This document shows positions 39,818 to 51,921 of a DNA stretch of 64,000 nt, one piece after another. Origin of the DNA: Mobula hypostoma (Eukaryota); assembly GCF_963921235.1 (NCBI RefSeq), contig NC_086097.1, forward strand, positions 193,442,001 to 193,506,000, written 5' to 3'. The notes under the pieces were generated by a model. It saw only the letters and a list, made by a program, of their open reading frames with translations, had not been told where the DNA came from and made no database searches. The position numbers were made by a program, and so were the translations under genes. Positions within the stretch are counted from its first letter, which is position 1, and every line of letters starts with the position of its first letter.

Positions 39818-40584
39818 TAATGCATGGTCCCTATAGTGGTCTGTATCCTGCTTGCTCAGTTATTTCAAATTTGAGGCCAAATAGCAATTGCAAGTCTTTC
39901 TCTACTTGGATTCTACAGTTTAATCTGTTTGCCACAGCAGATTGAGTTACTATTCACTTACGATGAAGGCCTGTTGACAGTCATTCCCTTAGCCCAAACA
40001 ATCCAAATCATGACAATGATAACTTTGACCCTTGAACCCCCTTAACACAAATGAATGGAATCATATTGCTCAAACCTTATGGCAAATATACCACTGAACT
40101 GTTACTACGACCTATGGACTCACTTTCAAGGACTCTTCATCTCATGTTCTTGGTATTTATTTTTTTTTTTTTTGGTCTTTTGTATTTGCAGAGTTTGTTG
40201 TCGGCCCTGCTGGGTGCAGTCTTTCATTGATTCTATGATGGTTCTCAGATTTACTGAGTTTGCCTGTAAGAAAATGGATCTCAGGTTTGTATTGAATATG
40301 GCGCCATATATGCATTTTGATAATAAATTTAATTTGAATTTTGAACTTTGAACTCTATCATCCTCACTGCTATTTCAAATGCAGCCGGCAGGCAAAACGG
40401 GATAACAACACATTGATCTTTTGTAACTGTCGTAATTGCACAGTTTATTTTTCCTAAACTGATACCTGGGAACTTTGAGTCACTTTCTTGAATTCTGTAA
40501 GTTGCATTCTGGGCAGGATTCCAGTGGGGGATTCTGAGTAGCGAGAGTTCGGAAAACAGTGTTTGTGTCTGCTGGGTCCACGTT

Positions 40585-40598
40585 TGGCTAGATCGTTC
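40585..40598 (-). promoter_or_regulatory. primer-binding site (self-priming type) GAACGATCTAGCCA
   Basis: Abuts the LTR end TGACA, lacks the TGG start of a tRNA PBS, and is complementary to an LTR-internal sequence. Confidence 0.75.
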
Positions 40599-41663
40599 TG
40601 TCACAAGTCCGGAGCATGGGCGGACCCAAAAGCAGGACACAAACACATTTTGTAGCGCTAACAAGAATAGAGTTTATTAATCTTTATGAGGAAAGCAGGG
40701 AAGCAAGGATTGTGCAGAGGGAGATCAAAGAGTGAGCAAAGCAGAAGCAGGAATAAGTGTGGCTAGACTTGGACTTAGACTTGGAACTCGGGACCCGGAC
40801 GTGGAACTCGGAACTTGGAACTTGGGCCCGGACTTGGAACTCACAAAATCAGAGCCTGGACTTGGAAGACGGAACATCAGAGCCTGGACTTGGAAGACGG
40901 AACATCAGTGCCTGGACTTTTCTTAGACACAGGACAGGGAACCCTGAGCTGGGGCTCCTCCTTGGGTACAGGACATAGAGCAGGGACTCTTCTTTAGACA
41001 CAGGACACGGAACACTGAGAGACAGGATTCCCCAACTCAGAGATGCGGCATACGGCCAGACCTTCCCAGCGGAGACGGGGACACGAGGAGACAGTTCCAA
41101 ACTCAGAGTAGCAGCAAAATGGCCTGGCCTAATCAGCTGAGACGTGGATACGTAGAGACGGTACCACACAACGATGGACAGTTCATACCTTGACACAAAA
41201 TGGCTCCAAGTAGTGGCAAGCCCTTGACGCAGCCCAGGAATTATAGACAGCGGCTGTAGTCTCACTCCAGCGGGTTAACTTGACGGATGCGCTCTGGCGG
41301 GATACCTTAGCAGCTCGATCAGTCAAGGTATGTTAACAGGCTGGCTCTGGTGAGGAGAGGCGACTCACTGGCATTCGCTTCGGGGAGAAGACTTGAGTAG
41401 CTCCGGTAATGTAACTTGGCTCGATCCGGCAGGGTGACTTGCTGACACTTGCTTCAATGACATCTGATAACAGTCTAGTGCCGAGTAGCTGTAAGCCTGA
41501 CAATAAATACTGCTCGTTCAGCTGAGACTCAAGTGCCTTTAATTACAGAGCCCAAGAAACAAGGGGAAACAATGAATTAAGGAAAACAAGGAGTCAACGG
41601 TTTTGATAGTGATACAAAGTAAATTTAAAGGGACCCAGGAAATAACTGATCAGGATCGTGACA
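40599..41663 (-). repeat. complete LTR (unit 1, 1065 bp)
   Basis: Inverted termini TGTCAC...GTGACA, minus-strand TATTTA at 41504-41509, AATAAA at 40673-40678, and a CTGCTTTTGGGTCC U5 motif like that of fish Gypsy LTRs. Confidence 0.88.
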
Positions 41664-41967
41664 GTACCGCCCGCCTCCCCAATGGGAGCCCCCAGGCGAT
41701 CAAAAAGATCTGCCCGCATTATCAACGACCCGGGCGGGTGGAGGTGGTTTTGGCTGGCAGGCAAAACGGGCTAATGACACATTGATGTTTTGTAACTGTT
41801 GTTGTTGCACAGTTTTTTGATCCTAAGCTAATACCTGAGAACTTCGATTCACTTTATTGAATTCTGTAAGTTGCATTCTGGGCAGGATTCCAGTGGTGGA
41901 TTCTAACTAGTGAGAGTTCAGGAAACAGTGTTTGTTTCTGCTGGTTCCATGTTTGGCTAGATGGTTC
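41664..41967 (-). mobile_element. 304-bp internal segment: PBS, gag-like start, PPT
   Basis: ATG at 41950-41948 gives MEPAET (MDPADTNTVFRTL in the copy at 43486). The PPT GGGGAGGCGGGCGGTAC (41680-41664) directly precedes TGTCAC. There are no RT, RNase H or integrase motifs. Confidence 0.8.
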
Positions 41968-43206
41968 TGTCACGAGTGTGGCCACCTGTGGACCTAAAAG
42001 CAGGATATAAACACGTTTGGTAGCGTTAACAAGAATTCAGTTTATTAATCATTTCTAGGAAAGCAGGGAAGCAAGGATTGTGCAGAGAGAGATCAAGGAT
42101 TGAGCAAATCAGAAGCAGGAATAAGCGTGGCTAGACTCGGACTTGGACTTGGAACTCGGAACATGGATCTTGGAAACCGGACGTTGACTTGGGACTTGGA
42201 AACCAGGGCACGGACTTGGAACTCGGGACCCCGATTTGGAACTCGGAACTTGGAACTCGGGTCTGGACAAGGAACTTGGAAATTGGAATGCTCGACCTGG
42301 ACTTGGAACTTGAAACTTGGAACTCGGAACTTGGGACCTGGACTTGGAACTTGGAATATGGAACTCGGGACCCAGACGTGCTACTTGGAACATCAGAACC
42401 TGGACTTTTATTAGACAGAGGACATGGAACACTGAGCCGGGACTCCTCCTTGGACACAGGACATAGAGCCGTGACTCCTCTTTAGACACAGGACACGGAA
42501 CACTGAGAGACAGGATTCCCCAACTTAGAATTGTGGCAAACAGCCGGACCTACTCAGTGGAGATGAGAACACGAAGAGACAGATCTCCACTCAGGGTAGT
42601 GGCAAACGGCCAGACCTACCCAGCGGAGACGAGGACACGAGGAGACAGTTCCTAACTCAGAATAGCGGCAAAACGGCCTTGACTACTCAGTGGAGACGAG
42701 GACATGAAGAGACGGTAGCACACAACGATAGACAGTTCATACCTTGACATGAAATGGCTCCAAGTAACAGCAAGCCCTTGACATGGCCCTGGAACTACAG
42801 ACAGTGGCTCTTGCTTCACTGCAGGGGGTTAACTTGATGGACCCGCTCTGGTGGGGTAGCTCAGCGGCTCGATCAGGCAAGGTAACGTAACAGGCTGGCT
42901 CCGGCGAGAAGATGTGACTTACCGACACTTGCTTCGGGGAGAAGACTTGAGTAGCTCCGGCGATGCATCTTGGCTCATTCCCACAGTGTGACTTGCTCGC
43001 ATTTGCTTCGGTGACATCCAATGATGAGTAGCTGTAAGCCCAACACTAAAAGCTGCTCGTTCAGCTGAAACTCAAGTGCCTTGAATTCCAAAGCCCAAGA
43101 AACACGGAGAAACAATGAATTAAGGAAAACAAGGAGACAACGGTGCTGATCGTGACACAAAGGAAATTTAAAGGGACCCAGGGAATAATCGATCAGGACT
43201 GTGAAG
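41968..43206 (-). repeat. LTR unit 2 (degenerate terminus, PPT retained)
   Basis: Homologous to unit 1; minisatellite at ~42132-42410; ~66-bp subrepeats at ~42506-42715. Confidence 0.85.
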
Positions 43207-43503
43207 ATATCCCCCACCCAATGGGAGCCTCGAGGTGATCTAAAAGATCTGCCCGCATTATCGATTAGGGCAGGTGGAGGGGGTTTTGGCCGGCGGGCAA
43301 AACAGGCTAACAACATATTGACCTTCAGTAACTGTCGTAATTGCACAATTTTTTTTTCCTAAACTGATACTTGAGAACTTCGAGTCACTTTCTTGAATTC
43401 TGTAAGTTGCATTCTGGGCAGAACTCCAGTGGGGGATTCTGACTACCGAGAGTTCGGAAAACAGTGTTTGTGTCGGCTGGGTCCATGTTTGGCTAGATTG
43501 TTC

Positions 43504-45571
43504 TGTCACAAGTGCGGAGCACGGGTGGACCCAAAAGCAGGCCTCAAATATGTTTTGTAGCGTTAACAAGAATAGAGTTTATTAATCATTTCTTGGAAAG
43601 CAGTGAAGCAAGGATTGTTCAGAGGGAGGTCAAGGAGTGAGCAAAGTAGAAGCAGGATTAAGCGTGGCTAGACTCGGACTTGGACTTGGAACCCAGGAAC
43701 CGGACTTGGAACTCGGAACTTGGAAATTGGGACCCGGACATGGAATACGGAACTTGGAACTCGGGACCCGGACTTGGAACTTGGAACGTGCAAATCGGGA
43801 CCCGGACTTGGAACTCAGAACGTGCAACTCAGGACCCGGACTTGGAACTCGGAACATCAGAGCCTGGACTTGGAACTCGGAACGTGGAACTTGGGACCCG
43901 GACTTGGAACTCGGAACAACAGAGCCTGGACTTGGAACTTGGAACGTGGAACTCGAGACCCGGACTTGGAACTTGGAATTTGGAACTCGGGACCCGGACC
44001 TGGAACTCGGAACATGGAACTTGGGACCCGGACTTGGAACTCGGAACATCAGAGCCTGGACTTGGAACTCGGAACGTGGAACTCGAGACCCGGACTTGGA
44101 ACTTGGAATTTGGAACTCGGGACCCGGACCTGGAACTCGGAACATGGAACTCGGGACCCGGACTTGGAACTCAGAACTTGGAACTCTGGACCCAGACTTG
44201 GAACTCGGAACATAAGAGCCTGGACTTGGAACGTGGAACATCAGAGCCTGGACTTGGAACTCGGAATTTAGAACTTGGGACCCGGACCTGGAACTTGGAA
44301 CATGGAACTCGGGACCCCGACTTGGAACTTGGAACTCTGGACCCAGACTTGGAACTCGGAACATAAGAGCCTGGACTTGCAACGTGGAACATCAGAGCCT
44401 GGACTTGGAACTCAGAATGTGGAACTCGGGACCCGGACTTGGAACTCGGGACTTGGACTTGGAACTCGGGACCCGGACTTGGAACTCGGGACATGGAACT
44501 CAGGACCCAGACTTGGGTCTCGGAACTTGGAACTGGGGACCCGGACTTGGAACTTGGAACATGGAACTCGGGACCCGGACTTGGAAGTCGGAACTTGGAA
44601 CTCGGAACATCAGAGCCTGGACTTGGAACTCGGAACACCAGAGCCTGGATTTGGAAGTCGGAATACCAGAGCCTGGACTTGGGATTCGGAACATCAGAGC
44701 CTGGACTTTCCTTAGACACAGGAAATGGAACACTGAGCTGGGGCTCCTCACTGGGCACAGACATAGAGCCTTGACTCTTCTTCGATGCAGGACATGGAAT
44801 ACCGAGCCGGGACTCCTCCTTGGGCACAGGACATATAGCCAGGACACTTCTTTAGACACAGGACTAGGAAAACTGAGAGACAGGATTCCCCAACTCAGAG
44901 TCACGGCAAACGGACTGACCTACTCAGTGGAGACGAGAACACGAAGAGCCAGTTCCCCAGTCAGGCTACGGACAAACGGCCGGACCTTCCCGGCGGAGAT
45001 GGGGACACGCAGAGACAGTTCCTATCTCAGAGTAGTGGCAAAATGGCCAGGCCTACTCATTGGAGACGTGGACACGATGAGACGGTACCACAACGATAGA
45101 CAGTTCATACCTTGACACAAAATGGCTCGAAGTAGTGGCAAGCCGTTGACGTGTCCCAGGAACTGCAGACAGCGGCTCTGCTTTCACTGCAGTGGGTTAA
45201 CTTGACGGACCCGCTCTGGCGGGGTAGCTCAGCAGCTCGATCAGGCAAGGTAACGTAACAGGCTGGCTTCAGCGAGGAGATGCGACTTACCGACACTTGC
45301 TTCGGGGAGAATACTTGAGTATCTCCGGCGATGCAACTTGGCTCATTCCCACAGTGTGACTTGCTCGCATTTGCTTCGGTGACATCCAATGATGATCTAA
45401 ACCGAGTAGCTGTAAGCCCAACACTAAATACTGCTCGTTCAGCTGAAACTCAAGTGCCTTTAATTACAAAGCCCAAGAAACACGGGGAAACAATGAATTA
45501 CGGAAAACAAGGAGTCAACGGTTCAAATAGTGACACAGAGTAAATTTAAAGGGACCCGGGAATAACAGATC
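43504..45571 (-). repeat. LTR unit 3 (terminus and PPT deleted)
   Basis: Minisatellite at ~43668-44710; GATC-bounded deletion at 45568. Confidence 0.85.
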
Positions 45572-45831
45572 TGCCCGCATTATCTACGACATGGGTGGGT
45601 GGAGGGGGTTTTGGCCGGAGGGCAAATCGGGCTAACAATAACTTGACCTTTTGTAACTTGTTGTTGTAATTTCAGAATTTTTTTTCCTTAACTGACACTT
45701 TTGAACTTCGAGTCACTTTCTTGAATTCTGTAAGTTGCATTCTGGGCAGAATTCCAGTGGGAGATTCTGACTTGCGAGAGTTCAGAAACCAGTATTTGTG
45801 TCTGCTGGGTCCACGTTTGGCTAGATTGTTC

Positions 45832-47457
45832 TGTCACAAGTGCGGAGCACGGGTGGACCCAAAAGCAGGACACAAACATGTTTTGTAGCATTAACAAGAA
45901 TAGAGTTTATTAATCGTTACTGGAAAGCAGGGTAGCAAGATTTGTGCAGAGGGAGATCAAGGGGTGAGCAAAGTAGAAGCAGGAATAAGCGTGGCTAGAC
46001 TCGGACTTGGACATGGAAGTTGGAACTCTGAACTCGGGACCCGGACTTGGAACTTGGAACTCGGGACCTGGATTTGGAATTGGAACTCGGGACCCAGACT
46101 TGGACTTGGGACTTGGAACTCGGGACCCGGACATAGAACTTGGAACTTGGAACTCTGGACCCGGACATGGAACTCAGGACCCAGACTTGTAGCTTGGGAC
46201 TGGGGACCCGGATTTGGAACTTGGAACTTGGAACTCGGGACCCGAATTTGGAACTTGGAACTCGGGACCCGCACTTGGAACTTGGAACTCGGGACCCAGA
46301 CTTGGAACTTGGAACTAGGGACCCGGACTTGGAACTTGGAGCTCGGAACTCTGGACCCAGACATGGAACTCAGGACCCAGACTTGTAACTTGGGACTCGG
46401 ACTTGGAACTTGGAACTTGGAACTCGAGACCTGGATTTGGAACTTGGAACTTGGAACTCGTGACCCGGACTTGGAAATTGGAACATGGAACTGGGAACCC
46501 GGAATTGGAACTCGGAACATAAGTGCCTGGACCTGGAACTCGGAACATAAGTGCCTGGACCTGGAATTCGGAACTTGGAACTCAGGACCCGGAATTGGAA
46601 GTCGGAACATCAGAGCCTGGACTTGGAACTCGGAACACCAGAGCCTGGACTTGGAATTCGGAACAAACAGATCCTTGACTTTTCTTCGACACAGGACATG
46701 GAACACCGAGCTGGAACTCCTCCTTGGACACAGGACACGGAACACAGACACAGGATTCTCCAACTCAGAGTTGAGACAAACAGCCGGACCTACTCGGTGG
46801 AGACGAGAACACGAAGAGACAGTTCCCCACTCAGGGTAGCGGCAAATGGCTGGACCTTCCCAGTGGAGACGGGGACACGCGGAGACAGTTCCTATCTCAG
46901 AGAAGTGGCGAAATGGCCTGGGCTACTCAGCGGAGACGTGGACACGAAGAGACAGTACCACACAACGACAGACAATTCATACCTTGACACGAAATGGCTC
47001 CAAGTAGTGGCAAGTCCTTGACGCCGCCCAGGAACTACAGATAGTGGCTCTTGCTTCACTGCAGCGGGTTAACTTGATGGACCTGCTCCGGGCAGGTAGC
47101 TTAGCGGTTCGGTCAGGCATGGTAACTTAACAGGCCGGCTCTGGCGAGGAGATGCGACTTACTGGCATTCGCTTCGGGGATATGATTTGAGTAGCTTGGG
47201 CGATGTAACTTGGTTCGTTCCGACAGGGTGACTAGCTCACATTTGCCTCGGTGATGTCCGATGAAGATCTAGCGCTGAGCAGTTGTAAGCCGGACACTAA
47301 ATAATGCTCGTTTAGCTGAGACTCCAAGTGCCTTTAATTACAGAGCCCAAGAAACACTGGGAAACAATGAATTATGGAAAACAAGGAGTCAACAGTCCTA
47401 ATCGTGACACAAAGTAAATTTAAAGGGACCCAGGGATAACCGATCAGGACCGTGAGG
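45832..47457 (-). repeat. LTR unit 4 (PPT retained)
   Basis: Minisatellite at ~45995-46665; followed by ATATCCCCCACCC on the + strand. Confidence 0.85.
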
Positions 47458-47748
47458 ATATCCCCCACCCAATAGGAGCCTCCAGGCAATCTAAGAGATC
47501 TGTCCGTGTTATCGGGTGGGCGGAGGGGGTTTCGTCCAGTGGGCCAAACAGGCTAACAACAAATTGACCTTTTGTAAATGTTGTAATTGCACAATTTTTT
47601 TTCCTAAACTACTACCTGAGAACTTCGAGTCACTTTCTTGAATTCTGTAAGTTGCATTCTGGGCAGGATTCCAGTGGGGCATTCGAACTAGTGAGAGTTC
47701 GGAAAATAATGTTTGTTAATGCTGTGTCCGCGTTTGGCTAGATCATTC

Positions 47749-49074
47749 TGTCACAAGTGCGTGCATGGGTGGATCCAAAAGCAGGACACAAACACGTTTT
47801 GTAGCGTTAACAAGATTAGAGTTTATTAATCGTTACTAGGAAAGCAGTGAAGCAAGATTTGTGCAGAGGGAGATCAAGGAGTGAGCAAAGCAGAAGCAGG
47901 AATAAGCGTGGCTGGACTCGGACTTGGACTTGGAACTTGGAACTCTGAACTCGGGATCCGGACTTGGAAGGTGAAACTCTGAACTCGGGACCAGGTCTTG
48001 GACTTTGGACTTGGAACTCGGAACTTGGAAATCGATACCTGGACATGGAACATGGAACTTAGAACTTGGGACCCGGATTTGGAACTCGGGATCTGGTCTT
48101 GGAACTCGGGTCCCGGACATGGAACTCGGGACCCAGACTTGGAACTTGTAACTTGGAATTCACGACCTGGACTTGGAACTTGAAACTCGGGACCCAGACT
48201 TGGAACTTGGAACTCGGGACCCGGATTTGGAACTCGGAGCTTGGATCTCGGGATCTGGACTTGGATCTTGGAACTTTGAACTCGTGACCAGGACTTGGAA
48301 CTTGGAACTCGGAACTCGGAACTTTGAACTCAAGACCCGCACTTGGATCTTGGATCATCAGTGCCTGGACTTGGAAGTCGGAACATCAGAGCCTGGAATT
48401 TTCTTAGACAAAGGACCTACTCAGTGGTGTTGAGAACACGAAGAGACAGTTCCCCACTCAGGGTAGAGGGAAACGGCCGGACCGACCCAGTGGAGGCGGG
48501 GAGACGATGAGACAGTTCCTAACTCAGAGTAGTGGCAAAACGGCGGGACCTACTCAGCGGAGACGAGGACAGGAAGCAACGGTACCACACAACGACTGAC
48601 AGTGCATACCTTGACACAAAATGGCTCCAAGTAGTGGCAAGCCCTTTATGCAGCCCAGGAGCTACAGAGAGCAGCCTTCGTCTCACTCCAGCAGGTTAAC
48701 TTGACGGACCCGCTTCGGCGGTGTACCTTAATGGCTCGATCAGGCAGGGTAACTTAACAGGCTGTCTCTGGCGAAGAGAGGCGACTTACTGGCACTCGCT
48801 ACGGGGAGAAGACTTGATTAGCTCCGGCAATGTAACTTGGCTCGTTCCAGCAGGGTGACTTGCTCGCACTTGCTTCAGTGACATCCAATGATGATCTAGC
48901 ACTGAGTAGCTGTAAGCCCAACAATAAATACTGCGTGTTCAGGTAAGATTCAAGTGCCTTTAATTACAGAGCTGAGGAACCATGTGGGGAAACAAAGAAT
49001 TACGAAAAACAGGGAGTCAACGGTCCTGATGGTGACACAAAGTAAATGTAAAGGGACACAGGGAATAACATATC
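47749..49074 (-). repeat. LTR unit 5
   Basis: Minisatellite at ~47912-48400; terminus and PPT deleted. Confidence 0.85.
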
Positions 49075-50149
49075 TGCCCATTAACATTATCTATGACCCG
49101 GGCTGGCGGAGGGTGATTAGGCCGGTTGGCAAAATGAACTAACAAAAAATTGAGCTTTTATAACTGTTTGTGTAATTGCACAAGGTTTTTTTCCTAAACT
49201 GACACCTTCGAACTTTGAATCACTTAATTGATTTCTGTGAGATGCATTCTGGGCAGGATTCGAGTGGGGGATTCTGAAGAGCAAGAGTTCGGGAAACAGT
49301 GTTTTTTGTCTGTTGGTTAAATGTTTGGCTAGATCCTTCTGTCCGATATGCAGAGCACGGGTGGACCCAAAAGCAGGACACAACGCGTTTTGTAGCATTA
49401 ACAAGAATAGAGTTTATTAATCATTAGTAGAAAAGCAGGGAAGCATAGATTGTTCAGAGGGAGATCAAGGAGTGAGCAAAGCAGAAGCAGGAATATGCGT
49501 GGCTAGACTCGGACTCGGACTTGTAACCTGGAACTCGGAACTTGGGATCCAGACTTTCAACTTGGAACTTGGAAGTCAGGACCTGGACTTGGAAGTCGGG
49601 ACCTGGACTTGGAAGTCGGAACTTGGAACTCGAACCCGGACTTGGAACTCGGAGCTTGGAACTCGGGACTTGGTCTTGAAGCTTAGAACTTGGAACTCGG
49701 AACTTGGAATTCAGGACCTGGACTTGGAACTCGGAACATCAGAGCCTGGATTTTTCTTAGACACAGGACCTACTCAATGGAAACAAGAACCCACTCAGGG
49801 TAGTGGCAAACAGCTGGACCGACCCAGCGGAGAAGAGGAGACAACGAGACAGTTCCTAACTGACAGTAGCGGCAAAACATTCTGGTTTACTTAGCAGAGA
49901 CGAGGAAATGAAAAGACAGTACCACACAATGACTGACAGTGCATACCTTGACACGAAATGGCTTCATGTAGTGGCAAGCACTTCACACAGCCTGGGAGCT
50001 ACAGACAGCAGCCGTTGTCTCACTCCAGTGGGCTAACTTCATGGACGCGCTGTGGCGGGGTACCTTAGTGGCTCAATCAGGCAAGGTAACTTAACAGGCT
50101 GGCTCTGGCGAGGAGAGACGACTTACTGGGACTTGCTATGAGGAGGAGA

Positions 50150-50940
50150 TATCAGTAGTGATAGGGGACTCGATAGTTAGAGGTACAGATAGGAGGTTCT
50201 GTGGTCGTGACAGAGAATCCAGGATGGTTTGTTGCCTCCCGGGTGCCAGGGTCAAGGATGTCTCTGATCGATTGCATGACATTCTGAAGTGGGAGAGTGA
50301 TCAGCCAGATGTCAAGGTGCACATCGGTACCAATGACATAGCAAGGAAGAGTGAGGAGGTCCTGGAGAGTGAGTATAGAGAGCTTGATAGGAAGTTAAAA
50401 AGCAGGACCTCGAGGGTGGTAATCTCAGGATTGTTACCTGTGCTACGTGCCAGTGAGGGTAGGAATAGGATGCACTGGAGGATGAACAAGTGGCTGAGGA
50501 ACTGGTGTAGGGGGCAGGATTTCAGATTTCAGGATAATTGGGACCTCTTCTGGGGCAGGTGGGACCTGTACAAGAGAGACGGGTTACACTTGAACTATAG
50601 GGGGACCAATATCCTTTCAGGGAGGTTTGTTAGTGCTATTGGGGAGGCTTTAAACTAGATTTGCAGGGGGATGGGATCCAGAGTGCCAGAGCTGACAGTG
50701 TGGCTGGGGAGAAAATAAATGATGTTAAAAGTTCAAGCAAATCCACTAATAGAAAGGTTGAGAGTGGTGGTAAAACTCTTCTGAGGTGTATATATTTCAA
50801 TGCTAGGAGTATTGCGGGGAAGGCGGATGAGTTGAGGGCGTGGATTGGCACGTGGAATTATGACGTTATAGCAATTAGTGAAACTTGGCTACAGGAGGGG
50901 CAGGACTGGCAGCTTAATATTCCAGGGTTCTGATGTTTCT
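50150..50940 (+). mobile_element. internal CR1 LINE fragment: ORF1 SGNH-like esterase plus the start of the ORF2 endonuclease
   Basis: VIGDSIVRG, VHIGTND and RDGLHL (ORF 50158..50658); CIYFNARSIAGK..AISETWL (ORF 50661..50933). Confidence 0.92.
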
Positions 50941-51479
50941 TGGAATTCGGGACCCAGACTTGGAATTCGGAACATCAGAGACTGGATTTTTCTTAGACAC
51001 AAGACCTACTCAGTGTAAACAAGAACAGGAAGAGACAGTTCCCCATTCAGGGTAGTGGCAAACGGCTGGACCGACGCAACGGAGAGGAGGAGACAACGAG
51101 ACAGTTCCTAACTCAGAGTAGCTGCAAAACGTCCTGGTTTATTCAGCGGAGATGAGGAAATGAAAAGACAGTACCACACAATGACTGACAGTGCATACCT
51201 TGACACGAAATGGCTTCATGTAGTGGCAAGCACTCCATGTAGCCCAGGAGCTACAGACAGCAGCCGTTGTCTCACTCCAGTGGGCTAACTTCACGGACGC
51301 ACTCTGGCAGGGTACCTTAGTGGCTTGATCAGGCAAGGTAACTTAACAGGCTGGCTCTGGCGAGGAGAGACGACTTACTGGGACTTGCTGTGGGGAGGAG
51401 ACTTGATTAGCTCCGGCGATGTAACTTGGCTCGTTCTGGCAGGGTGACTTGCTCGCACTTGTTTCAGTGACGTCTGATG

Positions 51480-51519
51480 ACGATCTAGCACTGAGTAGCT
51501 GTAAGCCCGACACTAAATA
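51480..51519 (-). promoter_or_regulatory. TATA-like box and predicted transcription start (self-primer GCTAGATCGT)
   Basis: TATTTA (51519-51514) begins 30 nt upstream of GCTAGATCGT (51489-51480). The same arrangement occurs at 54270-54309 and 55562-55602. Confidence 0.65.
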
Positions 51520-51921
51520 CTGCGCGTTCAGCTGAGATTCAAGTGCCTTTAATTACAGAGCTGAAGAACCACGGGGAAACAATGAATTACGGAAAACAGG
51601 GAGTCAACGGTCCTGATCATGACACAAATTAAATGTAAAGGGACCCAGGGAATAACAGATCTGACGGCATTATATACGACCCTGGCTGGCAGAGGGGGTT
51701 TTGGACAGCAGGCAAAACGGACTAACAACAAATTGAGCTTTTATAGCAGTTATTTTAATTACACAATTTTTTTTTCCTAAACTGATACCTTCGAACTTCG
51801 AGTCATGTTCTTGAATTCTGTGAGTTGCATCCTGAGCAGGATTCCAATGGGGGATTCTGACTAGCGCGAGTTCGGGAAACAGTGTTTGTGCCTGCTGGTT
51901 CAATGTTTGGCTAGATCATTC

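Larger units (their letters stand above)
49340..51661 (-). repeat. LTR unit 6, interrupted by a CR1 fragment with a partial duplication
   Basis: LTR sequence ~49710-50149 is repeated at ~50941-51400, either side of the CR1 piece. Confidence 0.82.

Noticed and set aside
40599..41967. 5S rDNA, snRNA or tRNA tandem gene cluster
   Set aside because: No 5S, U-snRNA or tRNA sequence was recognised in the unit, and the LTR, PBS and PPT hallmarks explain it.
43668..44710. Telomeric or telomere-like repeat
   Set aside because: Not TTAGGG. It is a heterogeneous word mosaic confined to one site within LTRs.
50158..50658. Host GDSL/SGNH lipase gene
   Set aside because: It is followed immediately by a LINE endonuclease start, so it is the CR1 ORF1 esterase domain.
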